This document shows positions 13,025 to 26,538 of a DNA stretch of 64,000 nt, piece after piece; the stretch's first letter is position 1; every line of letters starts with the position of its first letter. The DNA comes from Eledone cirrhosa (lineage: Eukaryota). The notes under the pieces were generated by a model that saw only the letters and a list, made by a program, of their open reading frames with translations, did no database searches and had not been told where the DNA came from. The position numbers were made by a program, and so were the translations under genes. The DNA is taken from assembly GCA_964016885.1 (NCBI GenBank), contig OZ024757.1:11780001-11844000 (forward strand). The letters run 5' to 3'.

Positions 13025-14012
13025 GGCTTCACATGCAGCAGCTGTGCTGGGACAGCAAGCAGCAGACAGCCACATGAAACAAGTACCACCAATCTCTGGG
13101 AGGGCTCGGTAGAAACAGTAGACAGCTTCTGTTACCTAGGTGACCGATTTAGCAGCGGAGGTGGGTGTTCAGAAAGTACAATAACTAGGGTAAGAACGGG
13201 ATGGAAGAAGTTCAGGGAACTACTGCCACTGCTAGCTGCAAAAGGCTTCTCCCTCAAAATGAAAGGCAGCCTATATGATGCGTGTATCCGAACAGCAATG
13301 TTACATGGTAGTGAGACCTGGGCGCTGAAGGAGGAAGACTTACGTAGATTAGAGAAAAACGAAGCCTGCATGCTCCGATAGATGTGTAATGGTAATTTAC
13401 ACGAACGACAAAGCATAAATGAATTGAGAGAGAGACTGAGCATAAGAGTAATCAAATGCTGTGTGCAGGAGAGGCGGTTGCGTTGGTATGGACATGTGAT
13501 GCGTATGAAGGATGACAGCTGCATAAAAATGTGCAGAGCACTAGAAGTCAATGGAAACCGCGGAGTGGGGAGACCCAAGAAGACCTGGGATGAGGTGATA
13601 AAAGCCGACCTTACCCAATTACACCTCTCAAAGGCGATGACACACGGCCGTGACCTCTGGCGTCACGCAATAATACAGTGTAGCCGACCTCCCATGGGTA
13701 CAAGCTGAAGCATATAGAAAATATGCCCCTACACCCTCCCACTGCAAGATGGTCGTGGAGGTGCCACGGTAAAAAAGCACCCAGCCCACACTGTAAATTG
13801 GACGTGTAGGCGACACGAAAAAGCACCCAGCACTCACTGTAAATGAGGTTGGTGTTAGGAAGGGCATCCAGCTGTAGAAATCAAGCCAAAATCAGTTCCT
13901 GTATGAGGAAGACATGGTCAGCCGACCAGACACTGCCCACAACAGGACAACCCGTCTAACCCATGCTAGTGTGGAAGAACGGACGTAAAACGGTGATGAT
14001 GATGATGATGAT
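13021..14012 (+). mobile_element. RTE-clade LINE 3' fragment
   Basis: FCYLGD, LHGSETW, RLRWYGHVMR, GRPKKTW; 3' UTR and (GAT)n tail. Confidence 0.92.
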
Positions 14013-14136
14013 ACATATATGTGTGTGCATATATATATATATATATACATATACATACATATATATAAGGGTGAGAAAAGAAATGTCATTTTTTCCATTT
14101 ATATATATTTATTTATATATATATATATATTCTATT

Positions 14137-14710
14137 CTAGGGCGGGTAAAATTCCCGAGATCCATGAACGAGTTCTCTCCAGCAGTCTCTGTCCCTCATT
14201 ATCACTGCCATGTCCTGCGTCTCCAACAGACCAGTGTCTGTCCTTAGGGCATCAACATATGTTAACCTTGGTCTTCTTCTTCCAGTGTGTCCATGTAGGG
14301 GCTCCCACAGGAGCACTGAGTGCAATGTCAACTCTGGATGTCGGCGAGCAAGTCCAGCTAACCTCAGTCTCCTCTGTGTCACTTTTGAGCTGACTTTTGG
14401 GAGGCTCCCATACAGCTCTGAGTTTTTCATCTTCAGTGTATACTGATTAATATTCAGAGCCATCCTCACCATTCTCGTGTAGCATCCATCCACCATCTGA
14501 GTGAGTTTCTTGGTCAGTGTCCAAGCCTCGGACCCGTACAGCAGCACAGACTCCACTACAGCAATGAAGAGGCGGATTTTCAGGTCTTTACGAAGGTCCG
14601 ATTTCCACACCGATTTCAAGCTGTGGCACGCCGCCCAGGCTTTGCTCTTCCTCTCAACCACATCATCTTCCGTATTCCCAATGTTTGCTCAAATATACAA
14701 AAGTCCTCAA
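14137..14710 (-). mobile_element. Second RTE-like LINE family, 3' fragment
   Basis: [34 protein letters not shown]; sister copy at 41992-42630. Confidence 0.85.
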
Positions 14711-14865
14711 TCAACTCTAGCGGCTTCCCGTATATATGTAGAAGGTGAGTAATATTGCAGAACAATAAAACTATGCATATATCAGATAAGTAGCACTCAA
14801 CAGTTGGTAGAACTGGAGTATATATTAAAGAAGAAATTAAAAGATGGTTAAAAATATATATATAT

Positions 14866-15145
14866 TTATTAGAATAACAGATTAAAGTTTAAGCAAAGAA
14901 TCGCTGCTTTCATTCTTAACGGGATCTTCTGAAACTAAAAAAATCAATCTGTGAATACAGAAGTAAGTATTTCAAAAAACGTTTCAGCCGAAGGAAGACA
15001 ATACTTTGGTTCGTGGAAAGGTTCCCTGGCAAAGAACAGAAAAAAACGAAGATAATACGTCATTATGGGGAGCGGGGAAACAATTACATGCAAAGACAAA
15101 ACCACGTTTATGGTATAACTGAAGTCGTAGACTAAAATTCTATTT
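14866..15145 (-). mobile_element. PLE family A pLTR fragment
   Basis: Matches 3190-3620 with internal deletions; includes the HHR-like motif. Confidence 0.8.
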
Positions 15146-15149
15146 AGGA

Positions 15150-15342
15150 AATCGAAGGAAGTATGGTAAGGAACCAGGTGGAGCATAACGCAGGAATAGC
15201 ACTCGACACTTTGGGTAGTAGAGTGGGTAATAGGAAAAGGTTCAGGACCCAGACGGCAGAGCTCAAGCCCTTTCAACGGCTATTTCTAGCCCAGAAATAG
15301 CCTTAGAAACGGCTTGAGCTCTGCCGTCGGGGTCCTGAACCT

Positions 15343-15347
<5 letters not shown>
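15150..15347 (-). mobile_element. Fold-back element, family D (half hammerhead)
   Basis: Hairpin at about 15233-15346 containing GAAA cggc uugagcucu gccg UC; relatives at 30326, 42940, 48010 and 50645. Confidence 0.7.
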
Positions 15348-15387
<40 letters not shown>

Positions 15388-15405
15388 TGTGTGTGTTAAG
15401 CTATT

Positions 15406-15697
15406 CTATTAAATCTACCCCAGTATGTCACTGGTACTATATTTCATGAACCCCAGAAGTATGAAAGGTAAAGTTAGTCTTAGTCTATTAAATCTACCCC
15501 AGTATGTCACTGGTACTATATTTTATCAACCCCAGAAGTATGAAAGGTAAAGTTAGTTTTAGTCTATTAAATCTACCTCAGTATGTCACTGGTATTATAT
15601 TTTATCAACCCCAGAAATATGAAAGGTAAAGTTAGTTTTAGTCTATTAAATCGATCCCAGTTTGTCACTGGTATTATATTTTACCAACCCCAGAAGG
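15406..15697 (-). repeat. 79-bp tandem repeat (about 3.7 copies) of the SINE core
   Basis: Units start at 15406, 15485, 15564 and 15643; unit resembles 225-275. Confidence 0.88.
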
Positions 15698-16075
15698 TTG
15701 GTTGTGTGTATTTTTTATTTCTGTATGAAGTTCAGACAGCCAGCCATACAGACACATGATATGAGTGTGCAGCGTTGTAGCTATGTTTCTGTCAGTCGAA
15801 AGCAAGTCTTTGTATTAACTTTTAGAGAGAGCCACACCCTGTTGAATTACATGACCTTAGGTAAGTGTATGGGAGAGACAGGAGGAGAGATAGAGAGAGA
15901 GAAAGAGAAAGAGAGGGATAGAGAGAGAGGGAGAGAGGGAGATAGAGGGAGAGAAAGAGATGTGAGAGAGACAGAGAGAGAAAGGGAGAGAGAAGTGGGA
16001 AGAATAGAGACTAAAAGTGAAAGAGGCAGAGAGATAGAAAGAAAAATGTCGTAGTAATTCTAATGTTGTATTACA

Positions 16076-16149
<74 letters not shown>

Positions 16150-16191
16150 GAGAGTAAAACAAAGAATCCTTTAATACATCAAAAGTTTTTA

Positions 16192-16235
16192 TTAGCCGAC
16201 AATGTTTCGTCCTATTAAGGACTCATCAGGGCAAT
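16192..16235 (-). ncRNA. Minimal type I hammerhead ribozyme, canonical core
   Basis: gcc CUGAUGA gucc uuaaua ggac GAAA cauug UC ggc; GUC cleavage triplet. Confidence 0.85.
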
Positions 16236-17020
16236 CAAAACAACAAGAAGTAATATCGGCAGATACAAGCCGGAAACTTTGAAGAATATGGAGTGTACAT
16301 ACACTAAAGTCTTACAAAAATATATAATAAAAATGAAAATAAAAATAAAAATAATAAAAATAAAAATATATAATAAGAATAACTAAGGATGTAGATAACA
16401 TTAAGAACCATATTACAAATATAGTCCAAAGCAACTAACCTAAATCTAAACAAATTTGGTTATATAGAGCAGGAATTATATATAACACAATATAATACAT
16501 TATAATAATATACTTTTACCAACATTAAAATTACAAATTAAAAATCAAAGGGTACAATATATACATGTATATATGTGCGCGCACACACACACACACATAT
16601 ATAACAACACACACATCTATATTCAACTACACAGATTAAGCCCTACTAGAAGTTTGAATATAAAAATAAGCATGATAAGAGTGAAAATAGTACTAATACA
16701 TCTACCCAATATACATGAGGCAATAATATGATATAATTACAAGAAACACATATAATAAATAATAAACAACAAAATTATATAATTCAATATAATATAATAA
16801 AGTAGATAATCCCCGGTTAATTTACAGAAACAATATAGATGTCACAATAAAATACAATGATAATACGTTAACAGTGTACTAACATATACCATAAACAATG
16901 TATACAAATCAATTCATACAGATTTTTTGGCTCTGTTTAACTGCATTGAGCTATACCTTTTACTGTCATTTCTATAATACGAAGAGGGTGTTTGACTCCA
17001 ACACGCTCCAGTATTCTAAT

Positions 17021-17059
<39 letters not shown>

Positions 17060-17060
<1 letters not shown>

Positions 17061-17688
17061 CTAAGAATTGATCAACATATATATAAATAAATATAAACAT
17101 GAAAAATCACAGGAGATAATTTTTGGATATAGATATATAATACTGCTCCTTAATTGTAGAGCTAACTCTGTTGAAGGGAATTGACTGCTATTTCTAGTTG
17201 TCGAATACCTATTCACGCCACTGAAACGAAACCGCTGTGATGTGCAATATCAACACGTGGTATCGGCCAGTTTAAGATTTTGACTCGAAGTGTAAACATG
17301 GATCGCTTGATATTGTTCTTCCTTGTTGATAATCCAATAATATCCACTTTCCGTGACTTACCATCTGATTAATTGGTGAAATATATTTCTTTAAGGAAAT
17401 ATATACAGGGAAGATTAATCATTAAAAGGTATATATTTTTGAAGTTCTAGTTAACTTTATTTATCTGTTACCTACTAGCCATGCGTGGTTACATGCTTGT
17501 AAAAATTATCTCCTGTGATTTTTCATGTTTATATTTATTTATATATATGTTGATCAATTCCTAGTTATTAAAATGCTCGTACTTACAAAGTCCTAGAGCT
17601 TATTTTCCCGGCGATATGGCGCATTCCGTTAAGGAATGACACCCATAATTTCGATTCTGATTGAATTCTTTTAATCTATCTTAATTTT

Positions 17689-17690
<2 letters not shown>
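17060..17690. mobile_element. Fold-back element with tail
   Basis: Inverted arms 17060-17124 and 17501-17565, with an extension to about 17690; lies between (TA)n tracts. Confidence 0.7.
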
Positions 17691-17776
<86 letters not shown>

Positions 17777-17939
17777 TTATATATATATGCAGAAGTTATA
17801 TTTAATTTGTTGGGATTCAATAAGCTAGAAAAATTTTATAACTGATATAAAGTACTCAACATTTTGCCTTGGTTGCCCTTGAAATATGTATAATAAAATA
17901 AATATGGTTTTATAAATATAGTTTCCATTTATTAATATA

Positions 17940-18045
<106 letters not shown>

Positions 18046-18264
18046 ATATATAAATATATATATTATTAAGGATACTATTTATGGTTATGTATATAATAAA
18101 ACCTTATATAGTTATATATATTTTAAACTCTAAATAGTGTAAGACAGTAATTCATTACTATCTTATTACCAGTAAGATAAATAGCTCAATGTAATAACAT
18201 CAGTTGTTTTATAGAGCAGTTATATAAAAATTACATGAATCAAAGTTAAGTTTAAATCATTTAT

Positions 18265-18313
18265 TTACTTACAATTGTTTCCTCCAAACCGAGGTTTGGA
18301 TTCTTCGGAGCAA
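18265..18313 (-). ncRNA. Hammerhead-like motif (CCGAAGA core)
   Basis: uugcu CCGAAGA a uccaaacc uc gguuugga g GAAA caauug UA aguaa. Confidence 0.6.
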
Positions 18314-18909
18314 CTATTTAGTGATTTTTACATACTTGACCTCCTTTTCAACACAAGAGACATATAAAAACATATGTATATATGTATATAAAACATATGT
18401 ATATATTGACCCGCGGTGGGTTGACATCCATCATAATAATATAATAATATGGCAATTTACATACATTCATATTAAAGGACAAATTTAAAGTTAAAATTAA
18501 AATTAAAATAAATAAAAATTAAAATTAAAATAAAGCATTGGCAGTTTATGAAGATAAAGCAAGAGGAAAGTTTAGAGTAGTCAGTGTACGAAACAGTCTC
18601 ACGTGTGGCATGCACGCGTGTCTTATTTATACAGTATTATAGTGCGGCAGATTGATACATGTAAAACAAGCAGTTAAAGCAGGTAATCAATAGCATTATG
18701 TGGTCTGTAAATTAAAGTTTTTTGTTATTAATGGTATCTAACCAGAGCTCTGTGTCTAGTACAGGTAATCGATGGTTGGGGTGTTTACTTGGGTAGTCTA
18801 TAGTAAGTCTAATACTCTGGTGGATGGAGTTAGCTATTTGCTGGATGCTTTCCATTGTGTTTTTCTCTAGTTCCTGACTGTTCTCTAGTGGGGGTGTCTT
18901 AACATCGTA

Positions 18910-20018
18910 GTTAAGACACCCCCACTAGAGAACAGTCAGGAACTAGAGAAAAACACAATGGAAAGCATCCAGTAAATAGCAAACTCCATCCACCAGAGCA
19001 TTAGAGTTACTATAGACTACCCAAGTAAACACCCCAACCATCGATTACCTGTACTAGACACAGAGCTGTGGTTAGATACCATTAATAACAAAAAACAAAT
19101 CCTCCATTCCCATTATGCCAAACCCATGACTTCCAAACATCTGATCCACCGAAACTCGGCTGTTTCGGACCATACCAAAATCAACATACTGATTGCGGAT
19201 TTTGTACGGGTGATGAGAAACGTGTCACGCATGGTCAACCCCGAAGAACTAGAGAGAGACACATACAACACTTCATCCACCGTATGCAGTTCTCTGGTTA
19301 CAATCAGAGAGATAGAATCAGAGTTTATAGAGGAGCCAGAACCAAATGGGAAAAAATGGTAAATAATGACACAAATGGGACCTGCTCCTTGTATAGGAGC
19401 AAATCTTGGAATAGAATAGAAATAACTAGGAATAAGGCTAATAGAATAAACTCATGGTATGATAGCAATAAATACCAGAGTGTAATGTTCATCGATACAA
19501 CCCCTAGAGGTGAATTAGCTTACAAATTTAGAAGGGCCCTAGATAAACATAAACTCAATATTAAGATAGTAGAAAGACCAGGTACCTCCGTAAAAACCCT
19601 TATTAGCAAGACATACCCTTTCCAAAGACACCCGTGTATAGATAAGAAATGTATAACCTGTAAAATAAGCCCCCATATTAACTGTAAATCTAGAAATGTA
19701 GTGTATAGCATAAGATGTACTGAAGGACAATGTAGAGACAAAAATATAGTGTACATAGGTGAGACAGCTCGTAGTGTAGGGGAACGGATAAATGAACACT
19801 GGCGAGACCTTCAAGATAGTAAAGAATCATCTGTACTCTACCAACATGCTAAAATAGAACACAAGGGTAAATTAGAGAACATAGAAATAAAAATAGAATC
19901 TACACACAGAAAAGACGCAATGTTTAGACAAATTACAGAGGCAATAAACATAAAAGAATTACAACCAAAATTAAATAGAAAATATGAGTGGAACAGCAAC
20001 ATCACAACTTACAATTAA
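18910..20018 (+). pseudogene. PLE RT C-terminus + GIY-YIG endonuclease, frameshifted
   Basis: ORFs 19126-19362 and 19284-20018 carry the motifs listed for the element. Confidence 0.88.
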
Positions 20019-20219
20019 GGACAAAATGAAAACACACACACACACAGAACAAACAACCAACCGGTAACATGTAAATAAACAAATAAATAAACAAATATAA
20101 ACATACACAGACACCCGGATGTGGCGCATGCGCAGACTGAGCACACAACGCACACACAGAAACAAAATGGCGTAGGACAGAACAAAGGAGAGGCACAAAA
20201 ACAAAGAAAAGAATCCCCA

Positions 20220-20262
20220 GTCACTGAAGAGGTCACAGAATGTGTGACGAAAGAACTTTGAC
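20220..20262 (+). ncRNA. Minimal type I hammerhead ribozyme (family C)
   Basis: guca CUGAAGA g gucaca gaaug ugugac GAAA g aa c UU ugac. Confidence 0.7.
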
Positions 20263-20436
20263 AATATATAAACAACTATCTGGTTGTGGAACCAACCAAC
20301 CAACCAGAAATTTATAAATTCCTAAATTTATAAATTTATTATAATAAATTGAAGTGAAAGCAACTGGTGCGTGTATTCCTTATTGGCAACATGACCCTCC
20401 CAAAGTATAACAATATGTATATATATATATATATAT

Positions 20437-22648
20437 ATTCAAGCATGTTTTGCAACGTGAGGACCAGAAACAGGAGGTGTTCAAGATTGCGAGGCAGTGT
20501 ATCAGAGAGAATTGTGATGTCATTGGAGAGAAGTGTATCTGCAATGATAAAGGTGAGCTTGCCCTCACAAGTGCTGAGAAGAAAGATGCATGGAAGAGTC
20601 ATTATGATAGATTACTAAATGAGGAGAATGCATGGGAAGAAGAAACCCTACCCCAAGTAGACCCTATAGAGGGGCCAGCAGTACAAGTCAGCAGCAGCGT
20701 AGTAAGTAAGGCAATCAAAGATATGAAGATGGGAAAGGCAACCGGTCCATCGGGTATAGCTGCCGAGATGCTGAAGGCATCTGGGTCTGTAAGTCACATT
20801 ATAACCACACGTATTGTTAAGCAGGTAATACTAGGTGTCATACCAAAAGTTTGGTGAAGTAGCATCATTGTCAACTGCTACAAAGGTAAAGGTGATGCAC
20901 TAGATAGAGGAAACTATAGAGGTATAAAGCTGATGGACCAGGTCATGAAAGTAACATAAAGAGTTATAGCACAGTTGATTAGGGACCGGGTGAAACTAGA
21001 CGAGATGCAATTTGGGTTTGTACCAGGAAGAAGCACCACTGATGCCCTCTTCCTTGTCAGGCAGTTACAGGAAAAGTACCTAGCTAAAAGTAAGCCACTC
21101 TACCTGGCATTTGTCGACCTTGAGGAATCGTTTGACAGAGTTCCACGTGCTGTAATCTGGTGGGCTCTTAGAAAACTAAGAGTAGATGAATGGCTTGTGA
21201 AAGCAGAACAAGCCATGTATAGGGGAGCAGTCAGCAAATTTAGGATTAACAATGAGTATAGTGAGGAATTTAGCGTACAGGTTGGGGTCCACCAGGGCTC
21301 TGTTCTTAGCCCCCTCCTGTTCATCATAGTCCTGCAGGCAATAACGGAGGAGTTTAAGACCAGATGCCCATGGGAACTCCTGTATGCTGATGACCTCGGA
21401 CTTATAGCTGAATCTATGGTAGAACTAGAGAAGAAATTCCAAACTTGGAAGCAGGGACTAGAAAGAAAGGGTCTCAAAGTCAACATGACAAAGACTAAGG
21501 TCCTTGTAAGTAGACGAGAAAACAGAACCCAGATCCCCTCAGGGAAATGGCCTTGCTCAGTATGTAGGAAAGGTGTAGGTAGGAACTCCATTCTCTGCCC
21601 CAAATGCAAACAATGGGTACACAAGAGATGTAGCGGGATCTCAGCAAGCTTAAATAAGAATGTTGGCCTCATATGCAGCAGCTGTACTGGGACAGCAAGC
21701 AGCAAACAGCCACAGGAAACAAATACCACCAATCTCTAGGAGGGCTCTGTAGAGACAGTAGATAGCTTCTGCTACCTAGGTGACCGTATTAGCAGCGGAG
21801 GTGGGTGTTCAGAAAGTACAATAACTAGGTTAAGAACGGGATGGAAGAAGTTTAGGGAACTACTACCACTGCTAGCTGCAAAAGGCTTCTCCTTCGGAAT
21901 GAAAGGCAGACTGTATGATGCGTGTATCCGAACAGCGATGTTGCATGGTAGTGAGACCTGGGCGCTTAAAGTGGAAGACTTACGTAGATTAGAGAGAAAC
22001 GAAGCCTGCATGCTCCGGTGGATGTGTAATAGTAATATACGCGAACGACAAAGCATAAATGAATTGAGAGAGAGACTGAGCATAAGAGGAATCAGATGCT
22101 GTGTGCAGGAGAGGCAGTTGCGTTGGTATGAACATGTGATGCGTATGAAGGATGACAGCTGCATAAAAAGGTGCAGAGCACTAGAAGTCGATGGAAGCCG
22201 TGGAGTGGGGAGACCCAAGATGACCTGGGATGAGGTGATAAAAGCCGACCTTACCCAATTACACCTGTCAAAGGCGATGACACACGACCGTGACCTCTGG
22301 CGTCACGCAGTAATACAGAGTACCGACCTCCCATGGGTACAAGCTGAAGCATATAGACAATATGCCCCCACACACTCCCACTGCAAGGTGGTTGTGGAGG
22401 TGCCACAGCAAAAAAGCACCCAGCCCACACTGTAAAGTGGACGTGTAGGCGCCACGGAAAAAGCACCCAGCAATCACTGTAAATGAGGTTGGTGTTAGGA
22501 AGGGCATCCAGCTGTAGAAATCAAGCCAAATCAGTTCCTGTATGAGCAAGGCATGGTCAGCTGACCAGACACTGCCCACAACAGGACAACCCATCTAACC
22601 CATGCTAGCGTGGAAGAACGGACGTAAAACGGTGATGATGATGATGAT
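20437..22648 (+). mobile_element. RTE-clade LINE, 5'-truncated, with in-frame stops
   Basis: QFGFVPGRSTTDA, VGVHQGSVLSPLLF, LLYADDL, Cys/His insert, LHGSETW, (GAT)n tail. Confidence 0.95.
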
Positions 22649-22652
22649 ATAT

Positions 22653-22988
22653 ATATTCATTAGTTAAGCAAACAAGACCACAAATTTCACAAGGAGGACA
22701 TTAAAGGATTGTCAACATAGTTTTAGTTAATGGAAGGAATGCAAAGAATAATAATTGTAATTATAATTATTATTTTTCTAAGGCGAGGTTAACTTTGCCT
22801 TTCACACTTACGGGGTCGACAGAATAAAGTACCAGTAATACACTGGTTATTTGCTGGCCTTGTGCCAAAAGTAGAAACAATTATTATTATTATTCTTTGC
22901 ATTCCTTCCATTAACTAAAACTATGTTGACAATCCTTTAATTTCCTCCTTGTGAAATGTGTGGTCTTGTTTGATTAACTAATGAATAT
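22653..22988. mobile_element. Family E fold-back enclosing a SINE 3' fragment
   Basis: Arms 22653-22755 and 22882-22988; SINE core at 22781-22880. Confidence 0.8.
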
Positions 22989-22991
22989 TTC

Positions 22992-25900
22992 CACCCACCA
23001 CTACTACCACCACCACAACCACCACTACTACCACTTCCACCACCACCACTACTACCACTTCCACCACCACCACTACTACCACGACCACAACCACCACCAC
23101 TACTACCGCCACTACCACTACTACCACCACCACAACCACCACTACTACCACTTCCACCACCACCACTACTACTACCACTACCACCACCACCACCACTACC
23201 ACCATCACTACCACACTACCACCACTATTACCACCACCACAACCACCACTACTACCACCAACACCACCACCACCACCACCATTACCACCACCACTACTAC
23301 CACCACTACCACCACTATCACCAACACTACCACCACTACCACCACCACCACCACCACTGCCATCACCACTACCACCGCCACTACCACCACCACTACCACT
23401 ACCACCACCACCACCACCACCACCACTACCACCACCACTACCACCGCCGCCACTATCACTACCACCACCACCGCCACCACCAACACTACCACCACCACCA
23501 CTACTACCTCTACCACCACCACTACTACTACTACCACCACTAGCACCCCTACCACCACCACTACCACCATTGCCATCACCACCACCACCACCACTACCAC
23601 TACCACCACCACTACCATCACTACCACCACCACTACCACCACCACTGCCATCACCACCACCTCCAAAAATACCACCACCAATACCACAATTACCACTACC
23701 ACTACCACCACTACTACCACTACCACCACCACTCCCACCACTGCCACCAACACTACCGCCACTACCACCACCACCAACACCACCACTACCACCACCACCA
23801 CCACCACTACCACAACTACCACCACCACCACCACTACCACCACCGCTATCCCGACTACCACCACTTCTACCACAACTACTGCCACCACTACCCGCACTAC
23901 CACCACCACTAATACCACCACTTCCACCGCCATCCCCACCACCGCCACTACCACCACTACCACCCACCACTACCACCGCCACTGCCACCTATACCACCAC
24001 CACCACCACCACCACCACCACCACTACCACCACCGCTATCCCCACTACCACCACCTCTACCACAACTACTGCCACCACTACCCGCACTACCACCACCACT
24101 AATTCCACCACTTCCACTGCCATCACCAACACTGCCACTACCACCACTACCACCCACCACTACCACCGCCACTGCCAACACTACCACCACCACCACCACC
24201 ACCACCACCACTACTACCACCACTACCACCACTACTACCACCACTACCCCCACTGCCACCACCACCACCGCCACTACCACCACTACCACCACCGCCACCC
24301 CCACCACTACCACCACCACCACCACTACCACCACTGCCACCACCACTACCACCAACACCACAACTACCACTACCACCACCACCACTACTACCACCATTAC
24401 CACCAACACTACACCACTACCACCACCACCACCACTACCACAACTACCACCACCACCACCACCACCACCACTACCACCACCGCTATCCCCACTACCACCA
24501 CCTCTACCACAACTACTGCCACCACTACCCGCACTACCACCACCACTAATACCACCACTTCCACCGCCATCCCCACCACAGCCACTACCACCACTACCAC
24601 CCACCACTACCACCGCCACTGCCACCACTACCACCACCACTACCACCACCACTACTACCACCACTACCCCCACTGCCACCACCACTACCGCCACTACCAC
24701 CACTACCACCACTGCCACCACCACCACTACCACCACCACCACCACCACCACCACTGCCATCACCACTACCACCAACATCACAACTACCACTACCACCACC
24801 ACCACTACTACCACCATTACTACCAACACTACACCACTGCCATCACCACCACCACTACCAACGCTACTACCACCACTACCAACACTGCCATCACCACCAC
24901 CGCCACTACCACCACTACCACCATACCACCACTACTACCCCCACTACCACCACTGCCACCCCCATAACCACCACTACCACCACCACTACCACTACCACCG
25001 CCACTACCACCACTGCCATCACCACTCCCACCACTACCACCGCCACAACCGTCACCGCCACTACCATCACTACCACCACCACCACCACCACCACTACCAC
25101 CACTACCACCACCACTACCACCACTAACACCACCACTACCACAACCACTACCACCACCACTATCAGCACCACTACCACCGCCACTACCACCACTACCACC
25201 ACCACTACCACCACCACTACCACCACTACCACCACCACTACCACCACCACTACCACCACTACCACCACTGCCACCACCACCACTACCACCACTGCCATCA
25301 CCACTACCACCAACATCACAACTACCACTACCACCACCACCACTACTACCACCATTACTACCAACACTACACCACTGCCATCACCACCACCACTACCAAC
25401 GCTACTACCACCACTACCAACACTGCCATCACCACCACCGCCACTACCACCACTACCACCATACCACCACTACTACCCCCACTACCACCACTGCCACCCC
25501 CATAACCACCACTACCACCACCACTACCACTACCAGCGCCACTACCACCACTGCCATCACCACTCCCACCACTACCACCGCCACTACCATCACTACCACC
25601 ACCACCACCACCACCACTACCACCACTACCACCACCACTACCACCACTAACACCACCACTACCACAACCACTACCACCACCACTATCAGCACCACTACCA
25701 CCGCCACTACCACCACTACCACCACCACTACCACCACCACTACCACCACTACCACCACCACTACCACCACCACTACCACCACTACCACCACCACTACCAC
25801 CACCACTACCACCACTACCACCACTGCCACCACCACCACTACCACCACTGCCATCACCACTACCACCAACATCACAACTACCACTACCACCACCACCACT

Positions 25901-26538
25901 ACTACCACCATTACTACCAACACTACACCACTGCCATCACCACCACCACTACCAACGCTACTACCACCACTACCAACACTGCCATCACCACCACCGCCAC
26001 TACCACCACTACCACCATACCACCACTACTACCCCCACTACCACCACTGCCACCCCCATAACCACCACTACCACCACCACTACCACTACCACCGCCACTA
26101 CCACCACTGCCATCACCACTCCCACCACTACCACCGCCACAACCGTCACCGCCACTACCATCACTACCACCACCACCACCACCACCGCTACCACCACTAC
26201 CACCACCACTACCACCACTAACACCACCACTACCACAACCACTACCACCACCACTATCAGCACCACTACCACCGCCACTACCACCACTACCACCACCACT
26301 ACCACCACCACTACCACCACTACCACCACTACCACCACAACTACCACCACCACTACCACCACCACTACCACCACCACTACCACCACCACTACCACTACCA
26401 CTACTACCACCACCACCACCACTACCACCACTACCACCACTACCACCACCACCACCACCACTAACACCACCACTACCACCACACTACCACCACCACTACC
26501 ACCACCACTACCACCACCACTACAACCGCCGCCACCAC
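22992..26538. repeat. (ACC/ACT)n trinucleotide array with higher-order units
   Basis: About 3.5 kb; landmark ccataccaccactactacccccac recurs near 24920, 25458 and 26014. Confidence 0.95.

Larger units (their letters stand above)
18717..20415 (+). mobile_element. Penelope-like retroelement (family C, Neptune-like), 5'-truncated with inverted duplication
   Basis: RT thumb LPVLDTELW...YAKPMTSKHLIHRNSA; Cys-rich linker; VVYSIRC...YIGETARSVGERINEH; hairpin 18717-18903 / 18910-19097; HHR in the 3' end. Clade assignment is tentative. Confidence 0.88.

Noticed and set aside
22978-26482. Gly/Ser-, His/Thr-, Pro- and Val-rich ORFs resembling structural or mucin proteins
   Set aside because: Several frames on both strands are open because of the (ACC)n repeat; no signal peptide; higher-order units (538 and 556 bp) are not multiples of 3
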